The notes: a model not told the origin generated them from the sequence alone. Numbered from the stretch's first letter, positions 16,508-26,062 are shown. The stretch: 32,000 nt of DNA from Candidatus Lokiarchaeum ossiferum (GCA_025839675.1 CP104013.1:4320001-4352000), one strand, 5' to 3'. Numbers and translations are program-made.

Positions 16508-17530
16508 ATGCAAACCAAAAAAATTCTTTCATGGCTGGGCATTCTTCTTTTTTCGCTTGCGACTCCCCTTATTGTCTTATTTCTCTCTGAACAAGAATCC
16601 TTTCTTCAGAATGTCTTTTTATTCATATTATTGTTTATTATGGTTTCAACTATCCTTATTTTATTATGTCCTATGATTAATGGACCCATTGTTGAAAAAT
16701 TGGGGCAAAAGTGGTTATATTATCCTTTTTTGGCATTCTTATTGATTTTTCCCTTGAGTAATTGGGTTTTTATTGAATATTTTTTCCAATATTCAAGGCT
16801 GCTTTGGGGAACCTTCGCTCTTTGGTATGTCGTTCCCGTTGTTATTATGACTCTACCGACGCTTTTCATGAAACTTGATCGCATTCGTCCACTATTTTTC
16901 ATATGTGGTGTTATTATCTTGGCAATTGGCTTTGATAATCGGAATACAAATATCCTTCTAAATGGGTTTAATGATATTGGTTATATTTTTAATTCTTTAT
17001 GGGTTTCTGCCCTCATTTTAGTCATTATCTCTAATCAATATGATGATTTTCCAGGTTTTTTTAATTGGGAAATTCAATCAAGGAAGTTTATATTGCCCCT
17101 TACTATTTTACTCTGTGTTGGAGTAGTGATCCTTCCAATTGGGTTATTGACGGGCTTCATTGTTTGGGCTCCGATGTGGGATGGTGTAGGGATGTTAATT
17201 GTCACCTTTTTAGGGATTTGGTTTACCATTGCCCTTCCCGAAGAACTCATTGCTCGGGGAGTCATTCAGCACCAACTCATGAAATTTTCTCGAGATAATG
17301 TTAAGAAATTTGAAACTCTTCAGATCACGGTAGTTATATTGATCTCCTCCTTTATTTTTGGAGTGTCCCATTGGAACAATACTACGACGGATTTTGTGTG
17401 GATCTACATTGGTCTTGCTACTGTTGCTGGGGTTGGATTTGGTTGGTGTTGGCAGAAATCAGGGCTTTTTTCGAGTATGCTTCTCCATACTTCAATAGAT
17501 TTTGTGTGGGCCATGTGTTTCGGGGGATAG
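16508..17530 (+). CDS. CPBP-family (CAAX/Abi-type) intramembrane glutamic metalloprotease
   Basis: Polytopic membrane protein with the three CPBP motifs: PEELIARGVIQ (EExxxR), FGVSHWNN (FxxxH) and LLHTSIDF (HxxxD/N). Confidence 0.85.
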   Translation: MQTKKILSWLGILLFSLATPLIVLFLSEQESFLQNVFLFILLFIMVSTILILLCPMINGPIVEKLGQKWLYYPFLAFLLIFPLSNWVFIEYFFQYSRLLWGTFALWYVVPVVIMTLPTLFMKLDRIRPLFFICGVIILAIGFDNRNTNILLNGFNDIGYIFNSLWVSALILVIISNQYDDFPGFFNWEIQSRKFILPLTILLCVGVVILPIGLLTGFIVWAPMWDGVGMLIVTFLGIWFTIALPEELIARGVIQHQLMKFSRDNVKKFETLQITVVILISSFIFGVSHWNNTTTDFVWIYIGLATVAGVGFGWCWQKSGLFSSMLLHTSIDFVWAMCFGG

Positions 17531-18114
17531 TATTTTTCCTATATTATCCATATTGGAATTATTTTAAAATCTTTTAATTCAGTTTGGCTGCATTTTGCCC
17601 CCATTGTGGTGATTCAACGGAAGATAAAAGAGCATTGATTTAATTTATCTTTTTTTTTTGATAACCGATTCTTGTATTTTTTATATTTTTTGGAGTCAAT
17701 CGAAATATATCATTACGAATATTTTTGCTTGAATTAAAAATGTCATTAAATCCAAATAAACCTCAATCTTCTCCAATTCTGATGGTATGATGTAATTTCT
17801 ATTTAAATGAGATATTTTTCAACTTTTTTGAAGTTGGTCCGATTGTGGAGAAAAATTGATCTCAAAATCTTTTTTGGATTTCAGTTTTGCTATACGTTCG
17901 GAAATCGCTGAAAATTAGAACCTTTTATTTTTCCCTTTTAAATTTTGTGCTCCAAACTTCCCCATGTTTGTGATTTTTTTTCCCCCTTTGTTAATTTTTC
18001 AAAAAATTTTATAAAGCACAAAGAATTGGTCTAAGACATTCAATTGTTATTATTATTTTTCAAAATTCTTATTAACTTTTTGAAAAACAATTGAGTTGTT
18101 GTTGGTTGAAAAAC

Positions 18115-18128
18115 GTTCCCTTGGGAAC
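18115..18128. promoter_or_regulatory. Inverted repeat GTTCCC-tt-GGGAAC just upstream of the wHTH regulator gene (possible operator or 5' hairpin)
   Basis: Perfect 6-bp arms at 18115-18120 and 18123-18128, ending 13 nt before ATG 18141. It is GC-rich relative to the surrounding AT-rich spacer. Confidence 0.3.
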
Positions 18129-18140
18129 ACAAGGCGGAAT

Positions 18141-18761
18141 ATGAGTAAAATGCCGGAAAATACAAAAATTAAAAGACAAGCACTTCTTTTTCTCGCTTCG
18201 ACTTGCATGGCAAGCTATAGCGGGACTCGACGACGATACGGTCGAGAATTTAAGAAAGAAGATGTACTCGAGCAAGGAACACGCTCTGCGATATTTGAGC
18301 TGATTCGGGAAAATGAAGGATTACATTTCCGTAAAATCTGTCGGTTGCTCGACAAAAAGATGGGTGTTGTCCAATATCATGTCAGTGTATTGGAAAAGCA
18401 CGGATTAATCCGTGCCATACGCGATGGAAGATATAAATGTTTTTTTGCCACTAATGGCGAGAAAAACCGAATGGTTTCACCAGATGATAGGGATCCCAAA
18501 ATGGAATCTCTTCGTGAAACAATCATTACTTCTCTACGGAGAAAGACGCCTCAAGTGCTCATTCAACACTTAGTTAAAGAGAATGTTGCGAGTCACCAAG
18601 CTCTTTCGAATGTTGCACAAGTATCTCCTCAGGCGATAACCTTCCACACACAACGGTTGCAATCCTTTGGGATAATCGAATCCCAAAAAGAAGGTAGACA
18701 AAAATTCTACACTTTAAGCGACAATGCACGCCTTATTACTGACAATTTGGTTCGACGTTAA
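18141..18761 (+). CDS. ArsR/winged-HTH family transcriptional regulator with two wHTH modules
   Basis: ATG 18141 is preferred to TTG 18096. wHTH 1 is RSAIFELIRENEGLHFRKICRLLDKKMGVVQYHVSVLEKHGLIRAIRDGRYKCFF. wHTH 2 is LIQHLVKENVASHQALSNVAQVSPQAITFHTQRLQSFGIIESQKEGRQKFYTL. Confidence 0.75.
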   Translation: MSKMPENTKIKRQALLFLASTCMASYSGTRRRYGREFKKEDVLEQGTRSAIFELIRENEGLHFRKICRLLDKKMGVVQYHVSVLEKHGLIRAIRDGRYKCFFATNGEKNRMVSPDDRDPKMESLRETIITSLRRKTPQVLIQHLVKENVASHQALSNVAQVSPQAITFHTQRLQSFGIIESQKEGRQKFYTLSDNARLITDNLVRR

Positions 18762-18870
18762 ACCTTTTTTGGCACTTCTTTTTTCTTCCCTTTTCTTTCT
18801 ATTTTCGATTCACTTTAAATTAGTAGAGAACGGCAAAATATCAGAGACTGTTCAAGAATAAAAAAAAAAT

Positions 18871-19611
18871 TCATGCTTCTTTCTTTGAAGGCATAAATCC
18901 AAGAAAAATTAAGATGTATCCTGCTCCCATAATTATCCGAGCAAAGATCACATATTTTAATAAATCAGTTGGGAGAATAGAATCCATAATTGCTCCTAAA
19001 CCAAAAAAAGCCCACCCAAAAGCGAGTTGAGTGATTTTTTTGATTTCTTTTGCTTCACTATTTTGAGATACCAATTTTCTTCTCATCCAAAAGAAGCCCC
19101 CACTGATGACAAAGATCAAGCTTAAAATATAGAAAGCTGTCTGATATTTTATTATATGTTCCAAATTAATGTCTAATAATTGTCCGGGAAGGGGGACCTC
19201 CGCAGAAAACATCATGTCTGTATAAAAAAACATGGCAACCCAATAATCAATACATAAAATCGAATACAAAATGGTAATAGGTATGCGATATTTAGGTTGA
19301 AATACACTAAATCCAAGGTACAACACAACTACTGTTGCGATCGGTATGAACACATAGGAAAATTTGAAATAAAGTTCTGGATCAAGATTCTCTCCATTAA
19401 ACATTAGAGAAATAAACGAAATCGCGGGACCTAAATAAAAAGTTCCCATACTAAAAGCCGCAAAACCTACAAGGGGGAGCAGTTTTCTCTTTTCTTCAAA
19501 ATACATTTTGAAGTAAATAGTTGCAAAAATGCCCCCAATTAATACAAGGGCAAGTGCACTCCCGCCATTTAAAATTGTTACTATTGAAACTGCCATTCTC
19601 TTAATCACCAT
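18871..19611 (-). CDS. Hypothetical seven-TM integral membrane protein
   Basis: 246-aa ORF with an ATG start. I count seven hydrophobic segments by eye (e.g. ALALVLIGGIFATIYF, LVGFAAFSMGTFYLGPAISFISLMF, YVFIPIATVVVLYLGFSVF, ITILYSILCIDYWVAMFFY, AFYILSLIFVISGGFFWM, LAFGWAFFGLGAIMDSIL, IIMGAGYILIFLGFM). There is no retinal-type Lys in TM7. Confidence 0.7.
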   Translation of the reverse strand: MVIKRMAVSIVTILNGGSALALVLIGGIFATIYFKMYFEEKRKLLPLVGFAAFSMGTFYLGPAISFISLMFNGENLDPELYFKFSYVFIPIATVVVLYLGFSVFQPKYRIPITILYSILCIDYWVAMFFYTDMMFSAEVPLPGQLLDINLEHIIKYQTAFYILSLIFVISGGFFWMRRKLVSQNSEAKEIKKITQLAFGWAFFGLGAIMDSILPTDLLKYVIFARIIMGAGYILIFLGFMPSKKEA

Positions 19612-19691
19612 TAGTTAATAACATTAATAGATAGTTTGTTTTTCAACTATTTAATTATATTAAATTCTCGTTTATCTGAATTCTTATGATA

Positions 19692-19955
19692 AAACCATAG
19701 TCTTTATCCATTCTTCTGGGGTGGTCGACGAACTTTCCTTGAAATCATCCTTGGTTCCAAACAAATATCTAGAAACTATTGTCATGATGGCGAGTGGATT
19801 GGCGCTTATTTTTGTATCCTTTTTACTGGATCAAATCTGTACTTTCATAGCTGGATAGGTTTACTCTTCGATTATTTGACGTGGGGGTGGGCTCGTTTCA
19901 TTATTTGCTGCTTATTTTGGATATTAAAACCCGCTACAACAAAATCAAAAAATTG
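19692..19955 (+). pseudogene. Start-less 87-codon open frame with membrane-protein-like sequence (gene remnant, or small protein with a non-canonical start)
   Basis: The frame is open from the stop TAA (19689-19691) to TGA (19953-19955): NHSLYPFFWGGRRTFLEIILGSKQISRNYCHDGEWIGAYFCILFTGSNLYFHSWIGLLFDYLTWGWARFIICCLFWILKPATTKSKN. The only canonical start codon is a TTG 26 codons before the stop. This is an unusually long open frame for an AT-rich spacer. Confidence 0.3.
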
Positions 19956-19980
19956 ATCTTATTTTTCCTTCAAGTAATTC

Positions 19981-21120
19981 TTAAAATCCTGGCCACTCCA
20001 AAATTTTACCTATTCCTCGATAAATTTCCCCTATGATAGATTCTCGCTGGGATTTTCCCGGTTCTGCATTCATCATAATGATACTCGCTGAACCTGTTTG
20101 AGGGAATGCAATGATATTGGCTTGAAAACCAACCCCCCAGCCATTGGATATTACCATTGGTTCCGGGCAATCACCATCTAAAAATACACCTAACCCGACA
20201 TGTGCAAAACATCCTTGACTTGTGACCATTTCTTTGACAAGCTGCACATCCGTAAGAAGTTTCCCCTTTCCTTGAAGACTGAGGGACAATTGAATTACGA
20301 TCTTGGCCAATGAAGTCGGGGAGATCCATAATCCCGCGGCGGCCATATAAGGATAAATAGGATACTTGTTAGTAATTGGGTCTCCTGTGGAATTATGACC
20401 TACAACTGATTTTGAATAATCCATGGTGAGGGTAGGATCATGATAAAAGGCATCGTGAATATTCAACGGTTGGAAAATCAGTTCCTTTATAACCAAGGCA
20501 AAAGGTTTTTGTAGAATGTCTACAACAATTTGTTCTAGGACACAAAATCCTCCATCGGAGTAATGAAATTTGGTATTCGGTTCACTTTGAGCATGCACTT
20601 CCCCCTCATGGTAGGATGAGACACCTGTCAGAATATCCAAATTGGTAGGGTAAGGTGTTTGTGGGTTATAAACATCAAAACTGCCTTCGGGATCGATGAT
20701 TCCTGCTTGATGACTTAATAAATGGCGAATAGTTACCGGAGTTTTCTTAGTGAATTCGTTTTCTGGAAAGATCCATGATGTCAAGTAATTTTTAATAGGG
20801 GTATCCAAATCCAGAAATTTTTGTTCAATGAGTTTCATAACTGCCAAGGCTGTAATAAATTTGCTAATGGAGCAAGCATGAAAGATCGACTTCTTGTTAA
20901 TTTTAAGATCTGTTGTTGTATCACTTTTTCCATAGCAAAGATGGTGTGTTTGAATATTATTTTGGAGCAATACTATTGAGATCCCTGAGATATGTAATTC
21001 GTTCATGCGATTATGGATATTATAAGATATACTGGTTTCAGATTCATTTCCGTCTTCTGATTTCACTGGAATTAAAGTGTTTTCCAATGTTGTAACGAAG
21101 TGATTTGCACTCGGGTTCAT
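19981..21120 (-). CDS. Serine hydrolase of the beta-lactamase / penicillin-binding-protein (class C-like) family
   Basis: SxxK motif in FHACSISKFITALAVMKL. Second motif YSDGGF (Y-x-N/D position). Overall length and the LLSHQAGI segment are typical of the family. Confidence 0.85.
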   Translation of the reverse strand: MNPSANHFVTTLENTLIPVKSEDGNESETSISYNIHNRMNELHISGISIVLLQNNIQTHHLCYGKSDTTTDLKINKKSIFHACSISKFITALAVMKLIEQKFLDLDTPIKNYLTSWIFPENEFTKKTPVTIRHLLSHQAGIIDPEGSFDVYNPQTPYPTNLDILTGVSSYHEGEVHAQSEPNTKFHYSDGGFCVLEQIVVDILQKPFALVIKELIFQPLNIHDAFYHDPTLTMDYSKSVVGHNSTGDPITNKYPIYPYMAAAGLWISPTSLAKIVIQLSLSLQGKGKLLTDVQLVKEMVTSQGCFAHVGLGVFLDGDCPEPMVISNGWGVGFQANIIAFPQTGSASIIMMNAEPGKSQRESIIGEIYRGIGKILEWPGF

Positions 21121-21172
21121 ATATCAGCTAGGTAAAAAGGGAATATTATTTTTATGCTCAACAGTTTGATAC

Positions 21173-22099
21173 TCACTGATTTGCCATGCTGGTGAGTTCT
21201 TCTTTATGCTCATCCTTAGATTCAATAATAAAAACTGAGGCGAGAACAATCATACTGCCGAGAATTGTTCGCCAAGTAATCGCTTCCCCAAGAACAATTA
21301 TGCTCGTGATGATCCCTACTACTGGCAATAAAAAGCTAATAAGGGCGAGATTTTCCGAAGGGATGGTTTCATTAGAAAGAGCGATTGTATAAAATAGTGT
21401 GGCAATTCCGCTGCAAATGATGCATAAATATGCAATAACGACCCAATCAAGGAAAGTGAGTGTTGAAATTTGTTCAACTATTCCGAAACCAAAGGATAAA
21501 GGAACAAGTAATGCACACGTCCAGATAAAAACTGAAGTAGTGACTAGTAGAGGCTTCTCTTTTGTCGTTATGTCCCGATTAAGGATAACATAGAGTGACC
21601 AGAGAAAAAATGAAAGGAGAGTGAGTAAATCTCCTTTCAAGGTCGAAGCAGAGATCTGCATTTCATCATTTAACATAATGAGCAAGACTCCCAAAAATCC
21701 AGTGATCATACTTATGACAAAAAGTTTTGTGGGCTTGCGTTTGTACAGGATGAAATTGAGAAGCACGACAAAGAATGTGGTAGTATTACTAATAATGGTT
21801 TGATTAATGGCCGAGGTATATCTCACCCCAAAATATTGCACGATATAGGAACATGCATATAATGTCAATCCTAAGGCAAATAACTTCCAAAAATGGCGTT
21901 TGAACATTTTTCCCCATTCTTTAATTTGTTTTGTAGCTACCAAATACACGACACAAAATAATAATGCGAAAGACATGCGTAAAGCCAGAAAAACGATCGG
22001 GTTGATCGATTTATCAATAATGTATTTGGAAAAGGGGAAGGCTGTTCCCCAAAAGATCATGGTGATAATGGCCAGAAGATAGGAAGTCCGTTTTTGCAT
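21173..22099 (-). CDS. EamA/DMT-superfamily transporter (about 10 TM, duplicated EamA domains)
   Basis: 308-aa polytopic protein. N-terminal LLAIITMIFWGTAFPFSKY is typical of EamA. It has a two-fold internal repeat of 5-TM units. Confidence 0.85.
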   Translation of the reverse strand: MQKRTSYLLAIITMIFWGTAFPFSKYIIDKSINPIVFLALRMSFALLFCVVYLVATKQIKEWGKMFKRHFWKLFALGLTLYACSYIVQYFGVRYTSAINQTIISNTTTFFVVLLNFILYKRKPTKLFVISMITGFLGVLLIMLNDEMQISASTLKGDLLTLLSFFLWSLYVILNRDITTKEKPLLVTTSVFIWTCALLVPLSFGFGIVEQISTLTFLDWVVIAYLCIICSGIATLFYTIALSNETIPSENLALISFLLPVVGIITSIIVLGEAITWRTILGSMIVLASVFIIESKDEHKEELTSMANQ

Positions 22100-22235
22100 G
22101 TCACTTTAAAATATAATGAATCCTATGAGAAGTTTTTGAAATCAAATATCGATGATTAAAATAATGAAATGATACACTATTTCTGAAAGATAGGTTTTTT
22201 TAAAATCCCTTCGTTAACTAATCTGAGAAGTCACC

Positions 22236-23285
22236 ATGGATTTAACAAAGATATTTCCTGTATTACATGTTAAAGGCACCAACTATGAAATGGGGTATTC
22301 GATTGGGAAAACATTTAAATCTCGAATAAATCATGCTCTGAATACCTGTGATCAATTACACCTCAATGCGGAGAAAGATAAAAGAAATCCTAAGTTTTTA
22401 GATTCACTCCTACAACATGCAAACAAACACCTCCCCCAATATATTGATGAAATTCAAGGGATGGCTGATGGTGCTAGCTGTGATTTTCGGTTACTTTTGA
22501 TACACAATCTCCGTCATTCCTTCCAATCGGCGAATAATTGCTCCACAGTCATTTTTAAACATACCGATCACATGGTTTTTGGGCACAATGAAGATAATCT
22601 CAAATCCTTGGGGATGAATTCTTATATAATAATGGCTCACCTTGAAAATGGAGGGCATTATCTCGCTTTTACTAATGCGGGAAGCCTTAATGGGAATGCA
22701 TGGGGGTTCAACTCTCATGGTATCGCAATGTCTGGGAATGCCATGCCAAATTTCTCCCCGAATGATACTTTCCCACGTATTTTAATTGATCGGAATCTCA
22801 TGGAAGCCACGTCCATCAACGATGTGATTCATCGGATTTCAACAATTCCCAAAAGAGCAGGAGTATACAGTTATAATATCGCTTCGTTACACGAACATCG
22901 GGTGATTAACATCGAAACAATAGCCGATGATATAGCCATAACAGAAATTTCTGATCGATATTTCCATACGAATCATTATATTTCTCCCAAATTCAAGCAT
23001 TTATCACAAAATGTGTCCGGGTCTTCCCTAACACGCTATACTGCAGGTCATGAAGAGATTCAAAAAGTACATGGGACTGCAGAAGATGTCAAGAATATCC
23101 TCTTTCACGAGAATATCCATGTCGAAGAAAAATCAAATGTTTCTGGGGATACTGGTTTAACTTTGTGTACTCCGGTTTTCGAGCTTTCGTCGAATCAAAT
23201 TAACTTAAATCTTTTCTCGAATAAGGATAGGAATCTCCCCATTTTCCAAATGTCTTTGGATGAACTAAAGCATGGAGAAAACTAA
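22236..23285 (+). CDS. Peptidase C45 / acyl-CoA:6-APA acyltransferase-like Ntn hydrolase family
   Basis: N-terminal LHVKGTNYEMGYSIGKTF. Putative autoprocessing/nucleophile site ANN-CSTVIFKHTDHMVFGHNEDN. Length about 350 aa. Confidence 0.75.
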   Translation: MDLTKIFPVLHVKGTNYEMGYSIGKTFKSRINHALNTCDQLHLNAEKDKRNPKFLDSLLQHANKHLPQYIDEIQGMADGASCDFRLLLIHNLRHSFQSANNCSTVIFKHTDHMVFGHNEDNLKSLGMNSYIIMAHLENGGHYLAFTNAGSLNGNAWGFNSHGIAMSGNAMPNFSPNDTFPRILIDRNLMEATSINDVIHRISTIPKRAGVYSYNIASLHEHRVINIETIADDIAITEISDRYFHTNHYISPKFKHLSQNVSGSSLTRYTAGHEEIQKVHGTAEDVKNILFHENIHVEEKSNVSGDTGLTLCTPVFELSSNQINLNLFSNKDRNLPIFQMSLDELKHGEN

Positions 23286-23387
23286 TTTTCTTTTTTTAAA
23301 TTCTATTCCAAACACTGGCTTTTAGAAGATATTTTTTCTACAAATCTTTTATGGTAGAATTATTCTTATTTTATTAGTGCATTCCAA

Positions 23388-24230
23388 ATGGAAAATGAAC
23401 GTGTGATGCAACATACTGTGAGTAATGAGCAACGCTCATCATTCTCTTCTAATTTGATTTTTGATTCTGTTGAACTGGAAAATTTTGCCGAATTGAAAAA
23501 GAATAAGCGCTTATTGATACCCATTATTCTTGGATTGTTTTTCGAACTGATCATTGATTTAATTTTGATCCCTATTTTTGACACAAATCCAACGTTCGAA
23601 GTGAATCCCTTGCTTTTTCTTACCCTAATGAAAATGATTTCTCTTCGGATTTTAATTCCGGTATGGTTCCTGAAAATGCTTCAAAATGTTATAAATTACC
23701 GTAAGGTGTCTTCTTTTGAAAATAACAAGACGGCTCAATCTGCCTCTCCTCTACGATCCCTCAAAGAATCCCTAATTCATGTACCAAGTATTTTAATGAT
23801 AAATTTAATTATATCCATTTTTGAAATTGGAAAAACCTTCATTTCTTACTTTTCTCAAGAAATATATGTGAATACTGCTTCTTCTTTTCTTTCAACTATA
23901 TTGCTTATTGTTGCATTTTTAATTAATGTTGCATTTCTAATTTTTGAATTGTTTTTAAGCGTAGTATTTATTCACTGGATGATTTTGTCTGTCTACAATG
24001 AAGATCGCTTGGAACAATCATTCAAAGACTCGTGGAAGTATGTTCAATCCAATTTCAAACATATCATCAATCAAGGTATGATTCCGGTTTTGGTGACTTT
24101 GGTCGTTTCAATAATCATAGCAATTAATCCACTATTTTGGCTCAATGTGATTATAGTCGATCTCTGGTATTATTTTGTGATTTTCTTCGTGGTGCTTGTT
24201 TTTGGGGGAAACTATTTAAAGAATCAGTAG
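23388..24230 (+). CDS. Hypothetical polytopic membrane protein
   Basis: 280-aa ORF with an ATG start and multiple hydrophobic segments (LLIPIILGLFFELIIDLILIPIF, ILLIVAFLINVAFLIFELFLSVVFIHWMIL, IPVLVTLVVSIIIAINPLFWLNVII). No family recognised. Confidence 0.6.
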   Translation: MENERVMQHTVSNEQRSSFSSNLIFDSVELENFAELKKNKRLLIPIILGLFFELIIDLILIPIFDTNPTFEVNPLLFLTLMKMISLRILIPVWFLKMLQNVINYRKVSSFENNKTAQSASPLRSLKESLIHVPSILMINLIISIFEIGKTFISYFSQEIYVNTASSFLSTILLIVAFLINVAFLIFELFLSVVFIHWMILSVYNEDRLEQSFKDSWKYVQSNFKHIINQGMIPVLVTLVVSIIIAINPLFWLNVIIVDLWYYFVIFFVVLVFGGNYLKNQ

Positions 24231-24462
24231 GTTTAGTTCCCTAATCTCTTTTTTATTGAATCTTAGCGCTTTTTTTTGATGGAATTTAATTTTTAACGAT
24301 TTCAACAATTAGAAATTTTTTTTTTCTGTTCAAATTATTTCTTTCTTTTCTCACTATTTTGTTCGTATTTAAAAAATCGCAAAGAATAAGAAAAATGGCG
24401 CATTTTATAAGCTACATTTGATCAGCGTTAATCATCAAATGGCGCACTATAGGTGAAAAAGC

Positions 24463-25995
24463 ATGGCAAATCAGAAAAATGCTAAGAAACAAAAAAATCA
24501 ATCAAAAGGAAAATCATCCAATAACCAACTCGCACTTCCTAAAATGGAAGAAAAATTTAGCGAGTGGTTTAATGAGGTAATCTTCCAAGCCGATATTATT
24601 GACTACCGATACAATTTGAAAGGATGCGGGGTCTGGCTTGGCTATGGGTTTAAGGTACGTAAAAATACCTTCCAGGTCATCCGCGATCTACTGGACTCAA
24701 CCCCCGTTCCTCATGATGAAATGTTATTTCCCATGCTCATTCCCGAACCACAATTCATGAAAGAAGCCGAAACAGTCAAAGGGTTTGAAGAGGAAGTGTA
24801 CTGGGTCAAAGATGGTGGAACAACGCCTCTTGATGTCAAACTCGCATTACGCCCCACTTCCGAAACTGCTATGTATCCTATGGCTGCTAAATGGATTCGT
24901 TCTCATCAAGATCTTCCTTTAAAGACTTATCAAGTTGCGAATATGTTCCGCTACGAAGGTAAAAATACCCGTCCTCTAATTCGGGTTAGAGAAATTACCA
25001 CCTTTAAGGAAGCTCACACCTATCATAAGAATGCAGAAACATGCGAAGAACAGATTCGCGAAGCTATGGAGTCCTATTCGCGCTTCTTTGATACTTTGGG
25101 TGTACCATACATTAAAACTCAAAGGCCAAAATGGGACACGTTCCCTGGTGCAAATTATACAATTGCCTATGATTGTATATTCCCACAAAAACACCGGGCT
25201 TTACAAATTGGGACGGTGCACAACTTAGGGACGACATTCGCAAAGACTTTTGACATTAAATATGAAGATAAAGAAGGGAATCAACAATATGTTCATCAAA
25301 CATGCTATGGAATCAGTGAACGGGCTATCGCAGCATTAATTGCTTCCCATGGGGATGATAAAGGACTGAAACTTCCTCCAATGATTGCTCCTATTCAAGC
25401 CGTAATTGTTCCAATTCTCTTCAAAAATAAAGAAGAAGCGGTTTTAAAAGCTTCCGAAGAATTCTTCCAAAAAGTGCGAAAAGCAGGGCTTAGAGTGCAC
25501 TTTGATAAACGTGATATGAGTTCCGGTAAGAAATATTTCCATTGGGAATTACGGGGTGTACCTATTCGGATTGAAATAGGACCACGGGATATTGAGAAGG
25601 GAAATGTTTGTCTTGTTCGTCGAGATACGCGAGAGAAAATTTTTATCGCTCAAACCGAAGCTATTACTAAAATCAATGAATTATTAGATTTAATCCAGCA
25701 AGAGATGTGGGATTCTGCGAAAAAACTTCATGCTTCTTGGATTACACGTACTAATGATTTGGATGAAGCTCTTGATTTTATAGAATCCAATCAAGGTATC
25801 GCAGAAGTTCCATTCTGTGGAAGTGAAGAATGTGCTGCTGAAATTGAACAACGTGTTGATGGATTAAAATTTTTAGGTATTCCTGATGAATATCTTCCCG
25901 CACTTCATAAAGAAGTTAAAGAAGAATCTGATATTTATTGTATCCATTGTTCCAAACCCGTGAAACAATACTGGCGAATTGGTCGCCCTTATTAA
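24463..25995 (+). CDS. proS: Prolyl-tRNA synthetase, archaeal/eukaryal type (class IIa)
   Basis: FSEWFNEVIFQADIIDYRY, LRPTSETAMYPM, FRYEGKNTRPLIRVREITTFKEAHT, GTVHNLGTTFAKTF. C-terminal Zn-type CGSEECAAEIE...YCIHCSKP and terminal WRIGRPY. The homologous core starts at M28 (ATG 24544), so the first 27 Lys/Asn/Gln-rich codons may be an extension or 5' UTR. Confidence 0.93.
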   Translation: MANQKNAKKQKNQSKGKSSNNQLALPKMEEKFSEWFNEVIFQADIIDYRYNLKGCGVWLGYGFKVRKNTFQVIRDLLDSTPVPHDEMLFPMLIPEPQFMKEAETVKGFEEEVYWVKDGGTTPLDVKLALRPTSETAMYPMAAKWIRSHQDLPLKTYQVANMFRYEGKNTRPLIRVREITTFKEAHTYHKNAETCEEQIREAMESYSRFFDTLGVPYIKTQRPKWDTFPGANYTIAYDCIFPQKHRALQIGTVHNLGTTFAKTFDIKYEDKEGNQQYVHQTCYGISERAIAALIASHGDDKGLKLPPMIAPIQAVIVPILFKNKEEAVLKASEEFFQKVRKAGLRVHFDKRDMSSGKKYFHWELRGVPIRIEIGPRDIEKGNVCLVRRDTREKIFIAQTEAITKINELLDLIQQEMWDSAKKLHASWITRTNDLDEALDFIESNQGIAEVPFCGSEECAAEIEQRVDGLKFLGIPDEYLPALHKEVKEESDIYCIHCSKPVKQYWRIGRPY

Positions 25996-26062
25996 ATTCA
26001 TAAATTTCTTTTTTTTTATTTATGCCGATCAAGTTGAACAGCAAATAGAAGTAGAAAAAAAA

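Noticed and set aside
17770-17830. C/D-box sRNA-like elements (ctgatggtatgatgtaa...aaatgagat)
   Set aside because: The C-box is imperfect (atgatgt). No properly spaced terminal D box (ctga) or terminal stem could be found.
19981-23285. Interpreting the beta-lactamase-fold and IAT-like genes as a beta-lactam biosynthesis or resistance locus
   Set aside because: The family names are historical. Both folds are broadly used for unrelated amide and ester hydrolysis, and no NRPS, IPNS or PBP context is present.
25979-26062. Tracked start of the CBS gene overlapping the end of proS
   Set aside because: The first 28 codons (MVALIKFINFFFFIYADQ...) read as translated T-rich terminator/spacer sequence. 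ATG 26063, preceded by an A-rich stretch, begins the homologous part.
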